This document shows, in pieces, positions 38,321 to 52,261 of a stretch of 64,000 nucleotides of DNA. A program made the translations under genes and the position numbers. The notes under the pieces are model-generated. The model ran no database searches. It saw nothing but the letters and a program-made list of their open reading frames with translations, and had not been told where the DNA came from. This stretch comes from Nymphon striatum. Lineage: Eukaryota. Every line of letters begins with the position of its first letter. The stretch's first letter is position 1. The DNA lies in the NCBI GenBank assembly GCA_016618385.1, contig JABFOP010000357.1, positions 287,545 to 351,544 of the forward strand, written 5' to 3'.

Positions 38321-39339
38321 GTAAGTATAATTTTGCTTGTGATAATGGGATAGAGGTGAAATTAGTCTACAATGTGTTTTGTAATTGAAATTTGCATGAA
38401 TGTACCATATATTTTTTAATTGAGGCCAATAATAAAAAATTGTTTGTTTAGGGTAACCCGACCGACCGTAAAAAATGGCCCGACTCATATTTTTTTTTCC
38501 AGCTTTTTTGAGTGAAATAATTTTATTTCCAACTGTAGCAAAAAACCAAATATTGTCTGGAAATTATCGGTAATTTTCCCCCGCCATTGTTTGATTGAAG
38601 CGATGTAAGCCAATCTCACTCAAGTATCGCGAGAGGAGGAAATAAAAAATAAAAAAAACCGACCGACCTACATTTTTCAAGCTGGTCATGTTACCCTAAA
38701 CAAACATTTTTTTAAGGATGGCCTGAGGTTTAGGCTTTTTCCTGCACTATTGCTCATTATGAGCATCTTGACTTAACATTCAAATCTGTCACAAGAAGAA
38801 GCAAACTCCTATCTTTTACTTGACTTATTAACAAAACATGGTGTGACGGTAAATGTAGCCAAAGAATTAGGATCTTAACCTAAACACACTATAGTGAGGA
38901 GATACAACATGTGAATGCCAGACTAAAGACCTAGAAGTAGACCCTATAAAAAATATCAAAGAAGCAGTGAATAGCAGAGGGTAAATTGGTAAATTAATAA
39001 TTCTCGGTGAATGGTAAACTGCTGGCCAAAGGTGTAGCACTTGCATTTTGACCATTTTGCAGTTTGATGAGCATCTTAGTCATCCATTTGAAACGGTTTG
39101 ACCAAACATTCCATCAATTATGAAACCCTGAAACAGATTTCACACAAAATTGAAGCCCAGGATAACTTGATTTATTTTATGATCTAATGTCAGAAATAAC
39201 TATAGATACAAAACATATCATTTAGCTAATTAAACCTCATATCTTTTATATACAATCATGCTCACAGTGTGTGGTTGAAGATAAATTCACCTGCCATCTT
39301 ATTGCAATTTTTAAAATAATTTTCTTTTCTATTTTTCAG

Positions 39340-39369
39340 ATTTGTGACTTTATATTTATTGTTGTGTAA
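39340..39369 (+). CDS. RPAIN: RPAIN terminal exon (9 codons plus stop).
   Basis: The atttttcag acceptor is followed by ICDFIFIVV*. Compare human C-terminus ACDTWAVIL*. Confidence 0.7.
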   Translation: MCDFIFIVV

Positions 39370-41949
39370 TTTTTATTATTGTATTGTTTCTGTTTTTTTA
39401 TTTTATTTTATAAATAAATATTTATTTTTAAAAATTAAGCTTGTTTGTTTCATCAATCAGGACGAAACATCAAATTACTATATCTAAAATACTTTTTCAT
39501 TGCTTCTACTAGCTATTTCTCACTCAAAGTACATTAGATTTTTGTTAAAATGTGTTTGCGGTTAATATGCAATGTGCTAAAATGCAGAAACGCTACCTTA
39601 GTCCCCAAGAACCGCACACAAAAGGGAATTATTAACTGTACTTTTCTTTCTTGCAGAGCGGGTTGGCGTAGTGGTACCGGGTCAAACTTTCAATCGAGAT
39701 TGCTGGTTTGTATCTGGAATCAGGCGCCCTCTTTCGAGGAATCAAGTAGCGTAACGACTCTGGGTTGAACGTCTTGTTTATTTGTGTTATTGGGCAAGAT
39801 ACTTAACCTCGATTGCCTCTCTCTACCCAGGTGTGTAATTGGGTACCAGTATGCACCTTGCAGAAGATTACAAAGCTTCAAGCACCAGTTAGTTTGGGCC
39901 TCCGCAGGCCTGTGAGGAATTTTTCCATCAGACTTTACTTTTCTTCTTTAGCAGTTATATACTTCCGAGTATTTCACTATTTCATTAGTAGTTCTAAATA
40001 CCTTTAGTGTAGCACCTGCGAGGAACGCTTATTCTTGACTGCGGTGTTAGAAATATAGATGGTAATATTATCTTTAATTAATTTTCATGTTTTCAAATGT
40101 TATCGTCCCACTTCTTGAGGGTGAGCTCTTATAGCATAGACCTCACTTCGGAAGATAGAACATATTTATTAAATATATCTAAAATGAAATACTCCGTAAT
40201 ACTAAAAAAATGGTAAAGAAAATCCTGTTTCAATAGACCGAGTGAAACCGGCATCTATTTTATCATATCTTCTCCAAAGAACTTAAATAACCCAGAACAA
40301 AATTTATCTACTTCAAACGAATCTTCTAATGAAATACCGGATTCTCCTCAGAAAACACGTTATGGAAGAGTTGTAAAACTTAAACCCAAGCCAGATTTTT
40401 AATATTTATGATAATCCAATATATTTTGTCGATAATATTTTTCTTTGATTTTCATGTTATCGTTCAACTTCTTGCGGGTGAGCTCTTGTAGCATAGACCT
40501 CACTTCGTAAGATAGAACATATTTATTAAATAAATCTAAAATAAAATACTTACTTCAGAGGATTTAATATATAGTTAGCCAATAAAATAAAAAGTGTTAC
40601 TAGTTAATAGAACTGTCTTCCTTCTCACTCTACGTTACATATGACTGCCTTGCTTTGTGAGTAGAAACATAGCTGGTAATATTATCTATAATTGATATTA
40701 TTTATTATATACAAAATAACTCCACCACACTTTGATTGGTTATCATCTTAGGTGAATATTTGGCCGCGTTGATATTTAGACTCCCTTTCACTATGCGAAA
40801 TTAGCAGTTTTCATCTATCTATCCCAACTCCTGGGGACAAGAGGTATGGATGAACTCGTGCAGTTTATAAAAAAAAAATGTGATAATTTTTCTTACTGAA
40901 AATCAAGTTCCTTTCCATATAAGTTAATAGACAGGTGCACGCCAGGAAAAAACAGCCTTTTATTCCACTCAAGGTTTTCTCAGTGGATTCAGCTCATTGA
41001 AATCACACTATATGGAATAAGCTTCTGAGCCACCCTGAAATTTGCCTTATATCCAATTTGGCGACCAAAATCTAAAATGCCTGCAAAATTACCTGAAATG
41101 TAATTTTTTGAAGTTCCCTTTGCCTTCTGGTGTGGCTAGAGCTAGTGTGATGGTTGACAGGGGAATAGGTCAGTCAAAAATTCAAGATGGACGCCAGTCT
41201 TCTCCCTAATAGGTAAAGTCATATAGTTCTATCCATAGGTTTTTAGGGTCAGAGAATCAATTTAAACAATTTCTATTGGAAGTCATGGAGGAAATTAAAG
41301 ATGGCTGTCTAAGCCGATCTTTATAATAGGTTATTGGTCATATTTCTTTCTATATGACCACTATTTTTGGGTCAGGAAATCCATTTATGCACTTTTTATT
41401 TGAATTATCTCGGTAGGTCGTGCAGTATCGACCCAAAGATACCTGTAAGGCACATTCGGAGTCGTCCTCTATCTTCCTATTTAGACTATTAAATAAATGT
41501 GTCCTGTAAATCTGTTAAAAATTCCTTATCCTTTGTTGAGTGTCTGAGGTTATTGGCTTTAGCAATACACCTTAAGTCCCTTTTCTGGTCAGCCTTGTCT
41601 AAAAATTCATCTGTTGATTTTAAGTTAAAACGACTACCATATATTCTCAGGAGTAGCAGAGCATTTTTAAGGACATTTAAAAACTAAAATGAATTTCAGG
41701 ACTGTTCATGACTTTCTAGGATGCGTACAAACCCTGATAACAAGTATTTTGCCAAAAAAAAAATAAAAAATAAAAAACAGATTCTCATTGTAGTAACATG
41801 TTAAAATGTAGGCTATTTATTAATAATACTTCTAATTATATAATATACCCAGGCTCAAATCGCGTATTATTTAATAATTTTATGATTTATATTAAAAAAT
41901 AACTGATAATAAGAATATAGTCAAATTATTTATAAAAATGGATACTTGG

Positions 41950-42070
41950 CAGGTCTGCTACATGTTTGTACAGGCAGGGTCATTAACCTTCCGCTTCAAG
42001 CAGAGGTAGCTTGTTGTGCCAAACATTGTTTAAACAACCGAAAGCCTAATACGTTGTTTCACTTCAGGCT
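41950..42070 (-). mobile_element. Short fragment of the same LINE RT region as 59950-60050.
   Basis: About 75% nucleotide identity to 59950-60050. The minus-strand reading ...FKQCLAQQATSA... is comparable to ...SPEQCLAQQAISLLKAEGDKC. Confidence 0.45.
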
Positions 42071-42487
42071 CCCAAACTATATCTATAGAGACATCCTTCT
42101 TAATAATAATAGTATTATTTATCCATTTGTTCCTCAGTTAAATACCATGTTTTATTGGGTTGGATTTCATGACCTTTGTTTCAATCAAATTATCTCCAAA
42201 TCGAAAATTACTGGTAGATCTAGATATACTGTTCAAGAGATATTTGTTGTAAAATTTAACTTCAATGAAAAAATTAAACATCCACATTTAAAGAAACAAG
42301 AATTTATTAACAACAATTCACTCATACTTTTTAACTGACATTCTGTAAGAAGCTTTTTTTATTTTAATATTACAGCACAGGGAAATACTTAATGCACAAC
42401 TTAAATTAGAAACATGTTGAAGCTATACAATCAAGGACAGCTTAGGAATCTCATAAAAAAAAAAAAAAAAATCTAATGCAGTCAAAT

Positions 42488-42535
42488 TTAAAGATCATCT
42501 TCATCATCATCAGGTAATGACACTTGTTGTGCTTC
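42488..42535 (-). CDS. RAN: RAN terminal exon. Encodes the acidic DEDDDL tail and the stop codon.
   Basis: The tttcttttttcag acceptor is followed by [15 protein letters not shown]. Compare human ...TTALPDEDDDL*. The preceding 87-nt intron is in frame and stop-free, so the 6-frame track shows it as one ORF. Confidence 0.9.
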   Translation of the reverse strand, partial: EAQQVSLPDDDEDDL

Positions 42536-42622
42536 CTGAAAAAAGAAATATATATTGATGCAAAACACACACAAACATTTAGGACAAAAAAAAAATTTAT
42601 TCAATTTGACAGCGAGACATAC

Positions 42623-42793
42623 CTTCATTTCTTCTTCTATTCTCTTCTGTAGAGCTGGATCCATAACAATTTCAGGTGGTAATAATGCAGGCATAGCTAC
42701 AAATTCTAAATTAGGATCGCCAATAAGTTTCCTTGCAAGCCAGAGGAAGGGTTTCTCAAAATTATAATTACTTTTAGCACTGATATCATAGTA
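42623..42793 (-). CDS. RAN: RAN exon 5.
   Basis: The ttatttcag acceptor is followed by [57 protein letters not shown]|gtatgt. Confidence 0.93.
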
Positions 42794-43605
42794 CTGAAAT
42801 AAGATTTTAAAAGAGGTTAGTTGAGTAAATTATACACAGCAAAATGAGATAGATTGAGAATAGTTATTGTAATGTAACTCAACAAAACGGCATTGAATCA
42901 GGGTTCTGCCTGCGGTGGCACTTAGTAGTGTTGCCCAGCACTCAAGCCAAAGCAGACTCTTCCGCCCATCACTCGAAAGTTTCAAATATGTTGTAATTTA
43001 AGATATTGTGCAATTGTAGTTGCTTAGACCAGGGTTTCCGCTGTCATTCGCCAATGGCAAAAAATGGCGGAAAAAAGATTTGCCGTAAACAGTCATTTTT
43101 TTTAATACACAAAATTTAGTCAATAGCAGAACACACCATAAAAGTGCTATTGATATTACCAATTTCAAAATATATGTCATTAACATATTTTCTTGTAGAA
43201 CTGTTAAATATCTCTTAATTAATGGGACTATTTTTACGCGGATTATTGTAATCTATACTATACACCAATGCTACAAATTGAGTCGTTTGGTCACATATAA
43301 AAATGTTTAAATTAAAATTGAAATTTAAGTTGTTTTTTAATTATTTTAAATGTTTTAAAGATATTATGTGATATAAAGGATTTGTAATTCGTTCCAATTT
43401 GATGAGATTTGTGAAACTCGCATCACAAATCTCATATCAAATTGGAACTCATTACATATCCTCTATATAGAAAACATAAAAAAGGGAACTTCATAACGGA
43501 TTGTTACTCAATTAGTCACTTGGTACGTTTATTTGTGCCCACATTTCAACATTTATTAATGAAGTTAGACATACTGATGAATTAAAATAAAATTATTTTA
43601 ATCTA

Positions 43606-43857
<252 letters not shown>

Positions 43858-45556
43858 TTAAAAAAATGGAATATAATGAGAAAAATTAAAGTCAATGTAA
43901 CTCAACAAAATGGCACAGTGATTAGTATGATTACCCAATTATGCTTCCAAGCGAGTTACTTATGTAGTCCTTATATCGGCGTGTATATCATAACAACAGT
44001 GTTCATTTCAGGGCACAATTTTTCCCCCACATTTTATAGTTTAAAATTGTATTTTCAATATGCGTGTGCGATATGATATCGCGTTTTGGAAGACATGGTC
44101 GCAGTTTGAAAGCGATCGCGTGATTTCGTAATTTTGTCCTGAAATTTATCTGTTGCTGCGGTCCGTATAATTTCCAACATGCATCGATGCCCTGTGGGTC
44201 ACCCTTAGAATACTTTATAGACTTATCGTGATTGGTGTAAATGCGCGTGACGTCATTTTCAACCAATAGGAAGCAACGATTCAAGCGCATCGTCTTCATG
44301 AGTTAGAATCAAGATGGATGCGACAGGAAAAGCAAATAAAAACATGTCAAACTTATAAACTTTTTCCCCAAAGCAAGAAATAAAAGTAACAACAATTCTT
44401 CGACGTCAGAGTCAATTTATCACTCTTGAATCTGGTGTAAAACCAGAGAATGTCGAGCCTAAAGGCAGTCATGCTGGCGCTGTGCCAGCGGCCGGACCCA
44501 GGGACATGGACGGTGTCAGTGCAGCAAAACAAAAGATTAGGACAAAAATAATGAAACCTTTAAATATGTTACCTACTCTATTTTCATTGAAATCCACAAG
44601 TTCCATCTATATATAGTCAGAAAAAGAAACAAACATTTTGGGACTTCGATAAATAAAAGTAGAGAAGTCACTCAGTAAATGTGTTTACCCCAACTTTAGA
44701 TTGACGTCACAGGAACTTGTCCGGCAAGGCAAAGGTTGGTCGGTCGCCGCCTTTGCTTCGTTCGGTTGCCCAGCATATAAAAACAGTTCACACTTTTTTA
44801 AATGTCAGGGGAACATTTCCCACTTTGACTACAACCTGAAATGAACACTGTAACGATAATAAAATAATGTGGCAGAGGACATACACACGCACGTCAATCA
44901 GTTCTATTTTAGATAAAATTTGGTAATAATCTTACAAAAGGACAAATTTCTTTTAATGTGTACTACAGCTCATTAATTTTTACATATTACATGTTTGTGT
45001 CAGCATTCAACATTCTTTATAATTAGATAAGCATAGCTGCCAACATTTCAAAATGTGAAATAGTAATGTGGGGTCCAGGGACAAATTTTGCTATTTTTAT
45101 GCCATATTTTCATTCTGATTCATGTAAATAATTGTACAACCGTAACTGTTTTTTTATTCTTACTGAATGGTTATATTCCTTTGGAAGCTTTTTCCAAAAT
45201 TTTACTCTCGCATAAGTCGATCCCCCGATTTTATGTTCTAAATTTCTCATTAAAAATTTAAATTGTACGCGAGTATATACAGTATTGTTTATATATATAT
45301 ATATAATATTTACAACACAAACAGCTCAAAGAAAACCTGAGTGTGAGTTGAATGCGCACCTTGAATATAACAATTCTCTGCTTTCGCATACCTTAAAGGT
45401 TAAATCGAATACGGCTGACAATAATAAAATAAAAATAAAACCCAACTTAACCTAATTATATTATAATTCATGGTTCTTGCACCTCCATCAAGACCAAAAA
45501 TAAGACCTTTCTGCAACAGTGTTCGTCCATGTATATTATTATTTCAGCTCTATTTA

Positions 45557-46646
45557 GGCCAAAAAAAAAAAAAAAAAAAAAAAGGCTGTGTTTCCGGTAA
45601 CGGTCTTGACGGACGGGAGGGTCGGTAGGTCGATTTTTTTATTTTTTTTTATTAACTAGAAATTATATAACCCACCAATTATACCATTTACTTCATTTGA
45701 AGGGCTATCTACATTTGATTCAAAGAAATACAAGTGTTTAAATCATTTAATTTAGACAAACATCATAGAGAATTTTAACCCCTTCAGCACGACCTGTGTC
45801 GCTCCAGCTGAGCGCGCATTACGATTTTTTTTGGAGTCATTTTTCACTAAATAGTTGATCACATCATTAGTTATAAACTTCTTGAAATTTTCTAAAATAC
45901 TATTATTAGCATTACAATTTAGTGCAGGATTGATGCCACTGAAATTGCGCACTAATTCGGGGAGACTGTTTGGCCTACAATCACTAAAAATGTCGGCAAT
46001 TCTTTTCCAAGAATCAGATAGCATGACCCCGGCCGGGAGCATGACACTGTCATCTTCATGCTCAGATAAAACATCGTCACTCTCATAACTATCTATTGTC
46101 TCATTATCACTCTCCATAGGTTCATATTCAACATCACTATTATCTGAATTACTAATAGACATTGTAATTACGAATAAATCTTAAATATATTTACACTGTA
46201 AGCGAACAAATGATGAACAAATAAAACACAATGTTCATACTGAAGAAGGCTGAAGAATGCCAGATGAAACACGTTACGTAATAACAAGCTCCACCCCTTC
46301 TTTCTGATTGGTTAAATATAAATGACGTCATTATGACACACTGAATCCTCCGAAATTACATATTAGATCACATAAGCCACTCCGAATATTATTTAAACGT
46401 GCTTGATGTCATTTTTAGAATGACTAACGCACGTTAGTCATCGTAGTGCGCTATGGCGGGCACATGACTGACGCATGTTAGTCATCGTGCTGAAGGGGTT
46501 AAGAGGAATTTTAGGAGGTAGTTTTGTGACATTTTTTCTTACCATTTCACTATGTTTTTCCCGAATCACCATAAAAACATTTCAGTCGGCGGTAAAATTA
46601 CACGGTCGGTCGGGTTACCGGAAACACAACAATTTTTTTTTTGGCC
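45557..46646. mobile_element. MITE family A, second copy, inside RAN intron 3. It carries a nested 720-bp insertion.
   Basis: Termini ggcc-A23-ggctgtgtttccggtaac ... gttaccggaaacacaacaa-T10-ggcc with TTA|...|TTA flanks. The internal sequence is collinear with copy 343-725, except for the insertion at 45779-46498. Confidence 0.8.
45779..46498. mobile_element. Nested piggyBac-like non-autonomous element. It has a TTAA target duplication and TIRs CCCCTTCAGCACGA...TCGTGCTGAAGGGG (CCC...GGG ends).
   Basis: The junctions read aattTTAA|ccccttcagcacgacc ... gtcatcgtgctgaagggg|TTAAgagg. The uninterrupted host site in the empty copy (around 560-575) reads gaattttaggagg. An internal acidic ORF (45752-46162, minus) resembles a piggyBac transposase N-terminal stub. 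Confidence 0.7.
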
Positions 46647-47319
46647 TTAAATATTTGTTCAGGTCCGATAAAAAAACAGAAACGTCGCCATTTGCATTCA
46701 ACTGTCTGAGCATGCGCGAAAAGGCAACGCAAGCTCCATCTGCGGATGAAGTTCATACAGTGGTGATACTGCAGGCACGCAGCCCAAGTATTAATTTATT
46801 AAGCGGTTCGCGATTCTCCGGCCCGTTCCTCGAGTGCGAATCAGATTAAGCAAGCAGCAATTATACACAAAGCTTTACAAAGAAATGAAGCGATGGCACG
46901 GAAGCAAACATAATACCTTTTAAGACCTCTTGGTCAAAAATGCAAAAAATTAAGACTTTTCAAGGCCTTATTTTCGGGAATTTAAAAATAAAGACTTTTA
47001 AGGCCGCGCACGAACCATGTAATTATTATATAATTTGTTTAACAATTTGTTCTGTTATATAATTCGATTTTGAGCCATTAAGAATAAATTTTGTTTCAGT
47101 ATACACCTTGCCCGAGCCGTATTCGATTTAACCTTTCAGGTATGCGAAAGTAGAGAATCGCAAGCATATAACAAAAAATCCAGAAAAGCAGGATTTTTTT
47201 CCTATACTTCTGAAAAATCCGGAAGACTTACATCCCTGAATATCTAGTCTTCAATAGAATTAAGATGAACAATAATAAATAGGATAAATTGTGTGAAATC
47301 ACAAAATGAATTAAGTCTA

Positions 47320-47514
<195 letters not shown>

Positions 47515-49160
47515 TTATTAAACAATACCAAGATAATATAGGAATGAGCCTGAATTTATAAAAAATACATCTGAAACATGAAACACACCTATAATAAAAA
47601 ATGCTGATCTCTTGTGCGCTTTAAATACCTTTTAATATATATATACAGGGCGAGTCTGAAGTAACCGGGCAGTAAATGCATTCTTATTCTAAATGAAAAA
47701 AATGTATTCCAAATTAAAAAATGTATTGAAATACCTTGTATAGCAGACAAAAATTAATAATGAATACTGTCAACAGCGCTCCTGTGATCTGGAAAAACCT
47801 AGTAAGTCTGTTGAAAGCAAATTTGAGAAAACGAAGGAAAACTGCTTTGATGCTTACAGTCTTAAGTTTCAGGGTTTTCCATTCATTTCGTTTGAACAGG
47901 CCTGTTGAAGGATTGAACAGGCCGAAAGGGGGAGGGGTAGGGGTTTCCCCTCCTTTTTTTTTTAATATTTTTTATTTAGACACAAAATCCTGCATTCTGA
48001 TACATACATAGCATGCAGGCTAGTGTGAAAATAAATCTTTGAAAATAGCAGTTTTTTACGAGAATTTTTATTATTTCCCATAATTTTGACAATTTTGTTT
48101 TTGATTTAGAATAGAATTTTTAAAAAATGTGATTTCAAAATCTGGGTTGATACAACCTCTTAAAGTGAACAAAAAAATAATAAGATGTTTAAAATGAATT
48201 TTAATTAAAAAATTGATACTCGACACCGCAATTTTCTTTATAATTTATTTTTTGAAATTTTTTTTTGTATTTTTTTTTTAAACATTTGAAACGGTAAATT
48301 TGGACGGCAGCCGGTTCTTGCGGAAACCCTGAAGTTTGCTCTATTAAGTCGTCTTACACTTAAATTATACTTAATGAGTAAATCTTTTGTTGATTGTTAA
48401 TGTTATTCAAGGGAGTTTTGTGCGAGACATCCAGAATTAGGTTTGCTAATCTTTCATGTATTAAGAAACCTACTCCTGTGGTATGGTTATCTTTTTGTTT
48501 GGTAGAAAATTTAATATTCTTGACTGTATTGGAAGGGAATCTAATCTGAAATTTCTGACATTTAATTTAGAGGACTGGAAGTCTAGTTGGGGATGTTCCC
48601 CAGCCGACAAAAAACATGACATGACGTAATTTTATGTGACATGATGTAACACTGTCCCCTTTGTGGATTTATAACTGTCTAGCACAAATGTACGTAGAGT
48701 TAGAAGCACAAGACAAATATTTGGAACGTTGTAGTCAAATTTTGATAACCAATATTCAACAATGTTAGTTTAAAAATCAACCTTTTGGTTGACATTACTG
48801 AAGAATTGCCGATTAGTCTAACTCTAAGCACAAGCATTATATAAACTTTGTTTATAAAAAAAAAAAAAAAAAAAAAAGCAAAGCGGTTTACATAGTCATA
48901 CACTAAAATATAACTAAAGAGTAAAAAAATTAAAAAAGATTTACACCCCCCCCAAATATTTTCTCAATGAATCTGCGCAGATCTCGGGAACTATCCCAAC
49001 AGCTTCTCTAAAAGCGGAAATCTGCGGATCCGAGGACAAATCTCATGTATGCAAAGAAAACAATCTAAATGGTAAATATCTTTGATCTTAATTTATAATA
49101 AATAATTTCAAAACAATTCATGGGCAAACTTTTCTGAAACTATGATTTATTCGCATATTA

Positions 49161-49283
<123 letters not shown>

Positions 49284-49365
49284 CTATATTCATACAGCAT
49301 AGTAAGGAAAATTTTAGACTTTAATTTCTTGATTTTACATCATAAAATGTATAATTTTTTCTTAC

Positions 49366-49407
49366 CTTGAATGTTGGAACATTTGATAAATCAGGATTTT
49401 GAGCCAT
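49366..49407 (-). CDS. RAN: RAN GTPase coding exon 1 (start codon).
   Basis: ATG GCT CAA AAT CCT GAT TTA TCA AAT GTT CCA ACA TTC AAG|gtaag translates to MAQNPDLSNVPTFK. Compare human Ran MAAQGEPQVQFK. Confidence 0.85.
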
Positions 49408-52137
49408 TATGATCTAAAATATTTAGAAAAAGATTATTAAAGCGGTAAGCAAGGATATTGAAATACATACAATGTATCACAAAAATTTAATTTCATGTTT
49501 TAAATTTACATGGAAGAGCTAAGTAAATAATTATCTCACTCTTCTTGTAACCCCTATTGCATGCAACCTTCACAAGCCCTTTCAGCTAACGACCGAGATC
49601 TTGAACATAGTCCCAACCATTTCTGATTGTTCTGCAGGGCTTTATTAGGGGTCTACAGGTACGAAATGATTTTGATTTGTATAAATTATTCATATCATGG
49701 AGATTATTTAAGAGTACAGATTCTTGTGCATTAGTACCATATAAAGCATTGGTACGATCATTGGAGACATGTATGCTATAGAAATAGTTTAGAGTGCTAT
49801 CAAGATGATAGCCACGACACTTTGTTTGCCAGTTGTAATTTTCGTTTTAAGATCTTTTATTTATTAGTGTAAATTTTACGTGACAGTAAAATGTAATATA
49901 TATCCATTAATTATTTTATTTTGTTTCAATGAAGTCAGGAGCCAAAATTAGCTATATATATATATATTAAAAAAAAAAATAAAAAAAAAACTTGCCGCAA
50001 GTTATATTAACAATTACTTGCACCAAGAGAATTTAACTTGTGCTTTCGAAACTGATAGTATCTCTTCACTTTCTCCCTGTTTTAGTTAATGATATAAATA
50101 AAACATAAAATAAAAAAACAAATCAAACGCTTCGTCCTGCAACTCGAAAATGTATTATGATAAAACCTAATTATATTAGTATAATTATACTAATTAATTT
50201 GATTCATTCACATATTCTGTGTAATAAAACGTAAACAATTTTTTGAGTTGCCATGTAGACCGAGAGACCAAAAAGTTGTAAGCTTCTCGGACTACATGTC
50301 CACTCAAAACATTATACAGAATAGGTTGATGAATTAAATTTAGTATAAAAGTTTAGGGAACATCAAAGTGTAGTAGAAACGCTGAATCGAAGATGAAACA
50401 ATTGACATTTATTCTTAGATTTTACTTACATGGGTTCGAGCTCTAAATACTTAAGTCTGGCATATTGTCATTTCGTTCGGTGAAAAACACTATATAATTT
50501 ATTTCGACCCCTAGAAGTGGATTGATTTGATCAGCATCTTTAACTAGACCGTCCGAGAAATATATGTACTAAGAATGTTGAATTTTTGAAGTGATTTCGG
50601 TCAACTTTCACTGAAAACGGCTTTTGCGGCACCGAAAAGTAAGTATCTTCAAACACATGATCCTAGCTTCACAGAACTTTGATTCTTTTACCAAACGAAA
50701 ATTTAGACTTTATTTACTCCATGTCAGACTACAATAGTCTGGTTTCAAACTTATTCAAGGTCAAAAAACAAAATAAAACCTTTATTGGCATAGACTTGTC
50801 AGGTAATTTTGAAAATTCGGAAAAAATATACCGAATTCACTTACTTTAATTACTTGACTTCATTTTAAGGATAAATTCAACTTGATATTAAATCAGGAAC
50901 ATATGCTCTTTTGTAGAGAGACGAAGAAGTGGTGGAGGTAACTTAGCGGGTAGACGGGCGCCATTCATTCAGACGCTTTGATAACACTCACTCGTTCATT
51001 ACACTATTTAATATTTCTTTATTCTTTCTTGTTCTTCGGTCATAAATTTTAAAATTGTTCAATAAATTAAATTTTCTGTTATTATTAGTAAGCCGTAAGA
51101 ATAAAACTGTAAAATTTAAATATATTACAGATTCCAGGGTTCTCAATAAAAAATTTTGTAAGAGGCTCAAACATGCCTGAGTGGTCCGGGTTCAAAATTT
51201 TTTTTGATTTCTAGGTGTGAAATCGTATTTTGACCATGATAATTGTATCATTTAGGTTTCTGGCCGGATGTTCACAAATTTATTTGAAATAATTAAAAAG
51301 AAAATTTTTTTTGTTTTTTTTTTTTGCCGATTTGAACTGGCCCAAGTTTGTTTTGAAGTAGTCTTTTAAGCCGGTCTTTAATGAGAACCCTGAGAAACAA
51401 GTTTTTCTACTTCATTAGGACCCATTATGACATTAAAGGACAAATATTGTTAAATATGAAGTTGTAGTTCAAAAATTATCAGTAAGCAGACTCTCGGCGG
51501 ACACCAAAAATGTAAGCATCGAAGTCTGCTAAGAACATAGTTATTAGACTTTTATAGGCCCTTAATCTTCCTTATCGTTTGTTCTGTAATCATTCACAAG
51601 GTCTACCTCTTTAAATCCTTAGAGTGATAAAAAAACATATACCACAAATCTTCCCTGTTTTTCAGTGAGCACGTCTAAGAATCAAAAATTTTAAGTTTCA
51701 CGCAAAACTCATGATTCTCGCGGGATATTTAAAAGAAATGACTGTGATAAGATGACCTTCAATGCACCCTCCACCCCACACTTTATCTCTTTTGTTCAAA
51801 TCTCTTTCCTGCCTGCAGCAATGGCTACACAAAACAGCTGGCAGTCAACATTCGTGGTTATCTCTACCCTGGGCTTGAATCTTATTTGAACCCTCCACTA
51901 TTTCACTCTTTAAGTTGTGTATTCTCGTGTTTTCCTCTCTGATAATAGATGCAGGCTGGTTTTGATTATTTAAAAAAAAAAAAAAAAAATCAAATAAACA
52001 AGCAGAAAAATAAACATTTTAAAAAAAATGTAAAGATTACTATGCCAAAAAGGCTGCACACAAGGTATAGGAATGGTGGTATGCAAAGAGGCTAAGCTAG
52101 GATGATGTGATGCATTTGTACGGTTCTCCCCATTTCG

Positions 52138-52261
52138 TCTTGCAATAGCACCTTAGCCGAGCTACGTCATAGCATGCGGACAGAAGTACATTCTAATAGC
52201 ACCTTAGCCGAGCTACGTCATAGCATGCGGACAGAAGTACATTCTCCCCAACATCAGTGCA
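52138..52261. repeat. Perfect 62-bp tandem duplication (two copies). It lies about 1.9 kb upstream of the syntaxin start.
   Basis: catagcaccttagccgagctacgtcatagcatgcggacagaagtacattct occurs twice in tandem. A partial inverted copy (ttggctaaggtgctatt) follows at about 52280. Confidence 0.8.
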
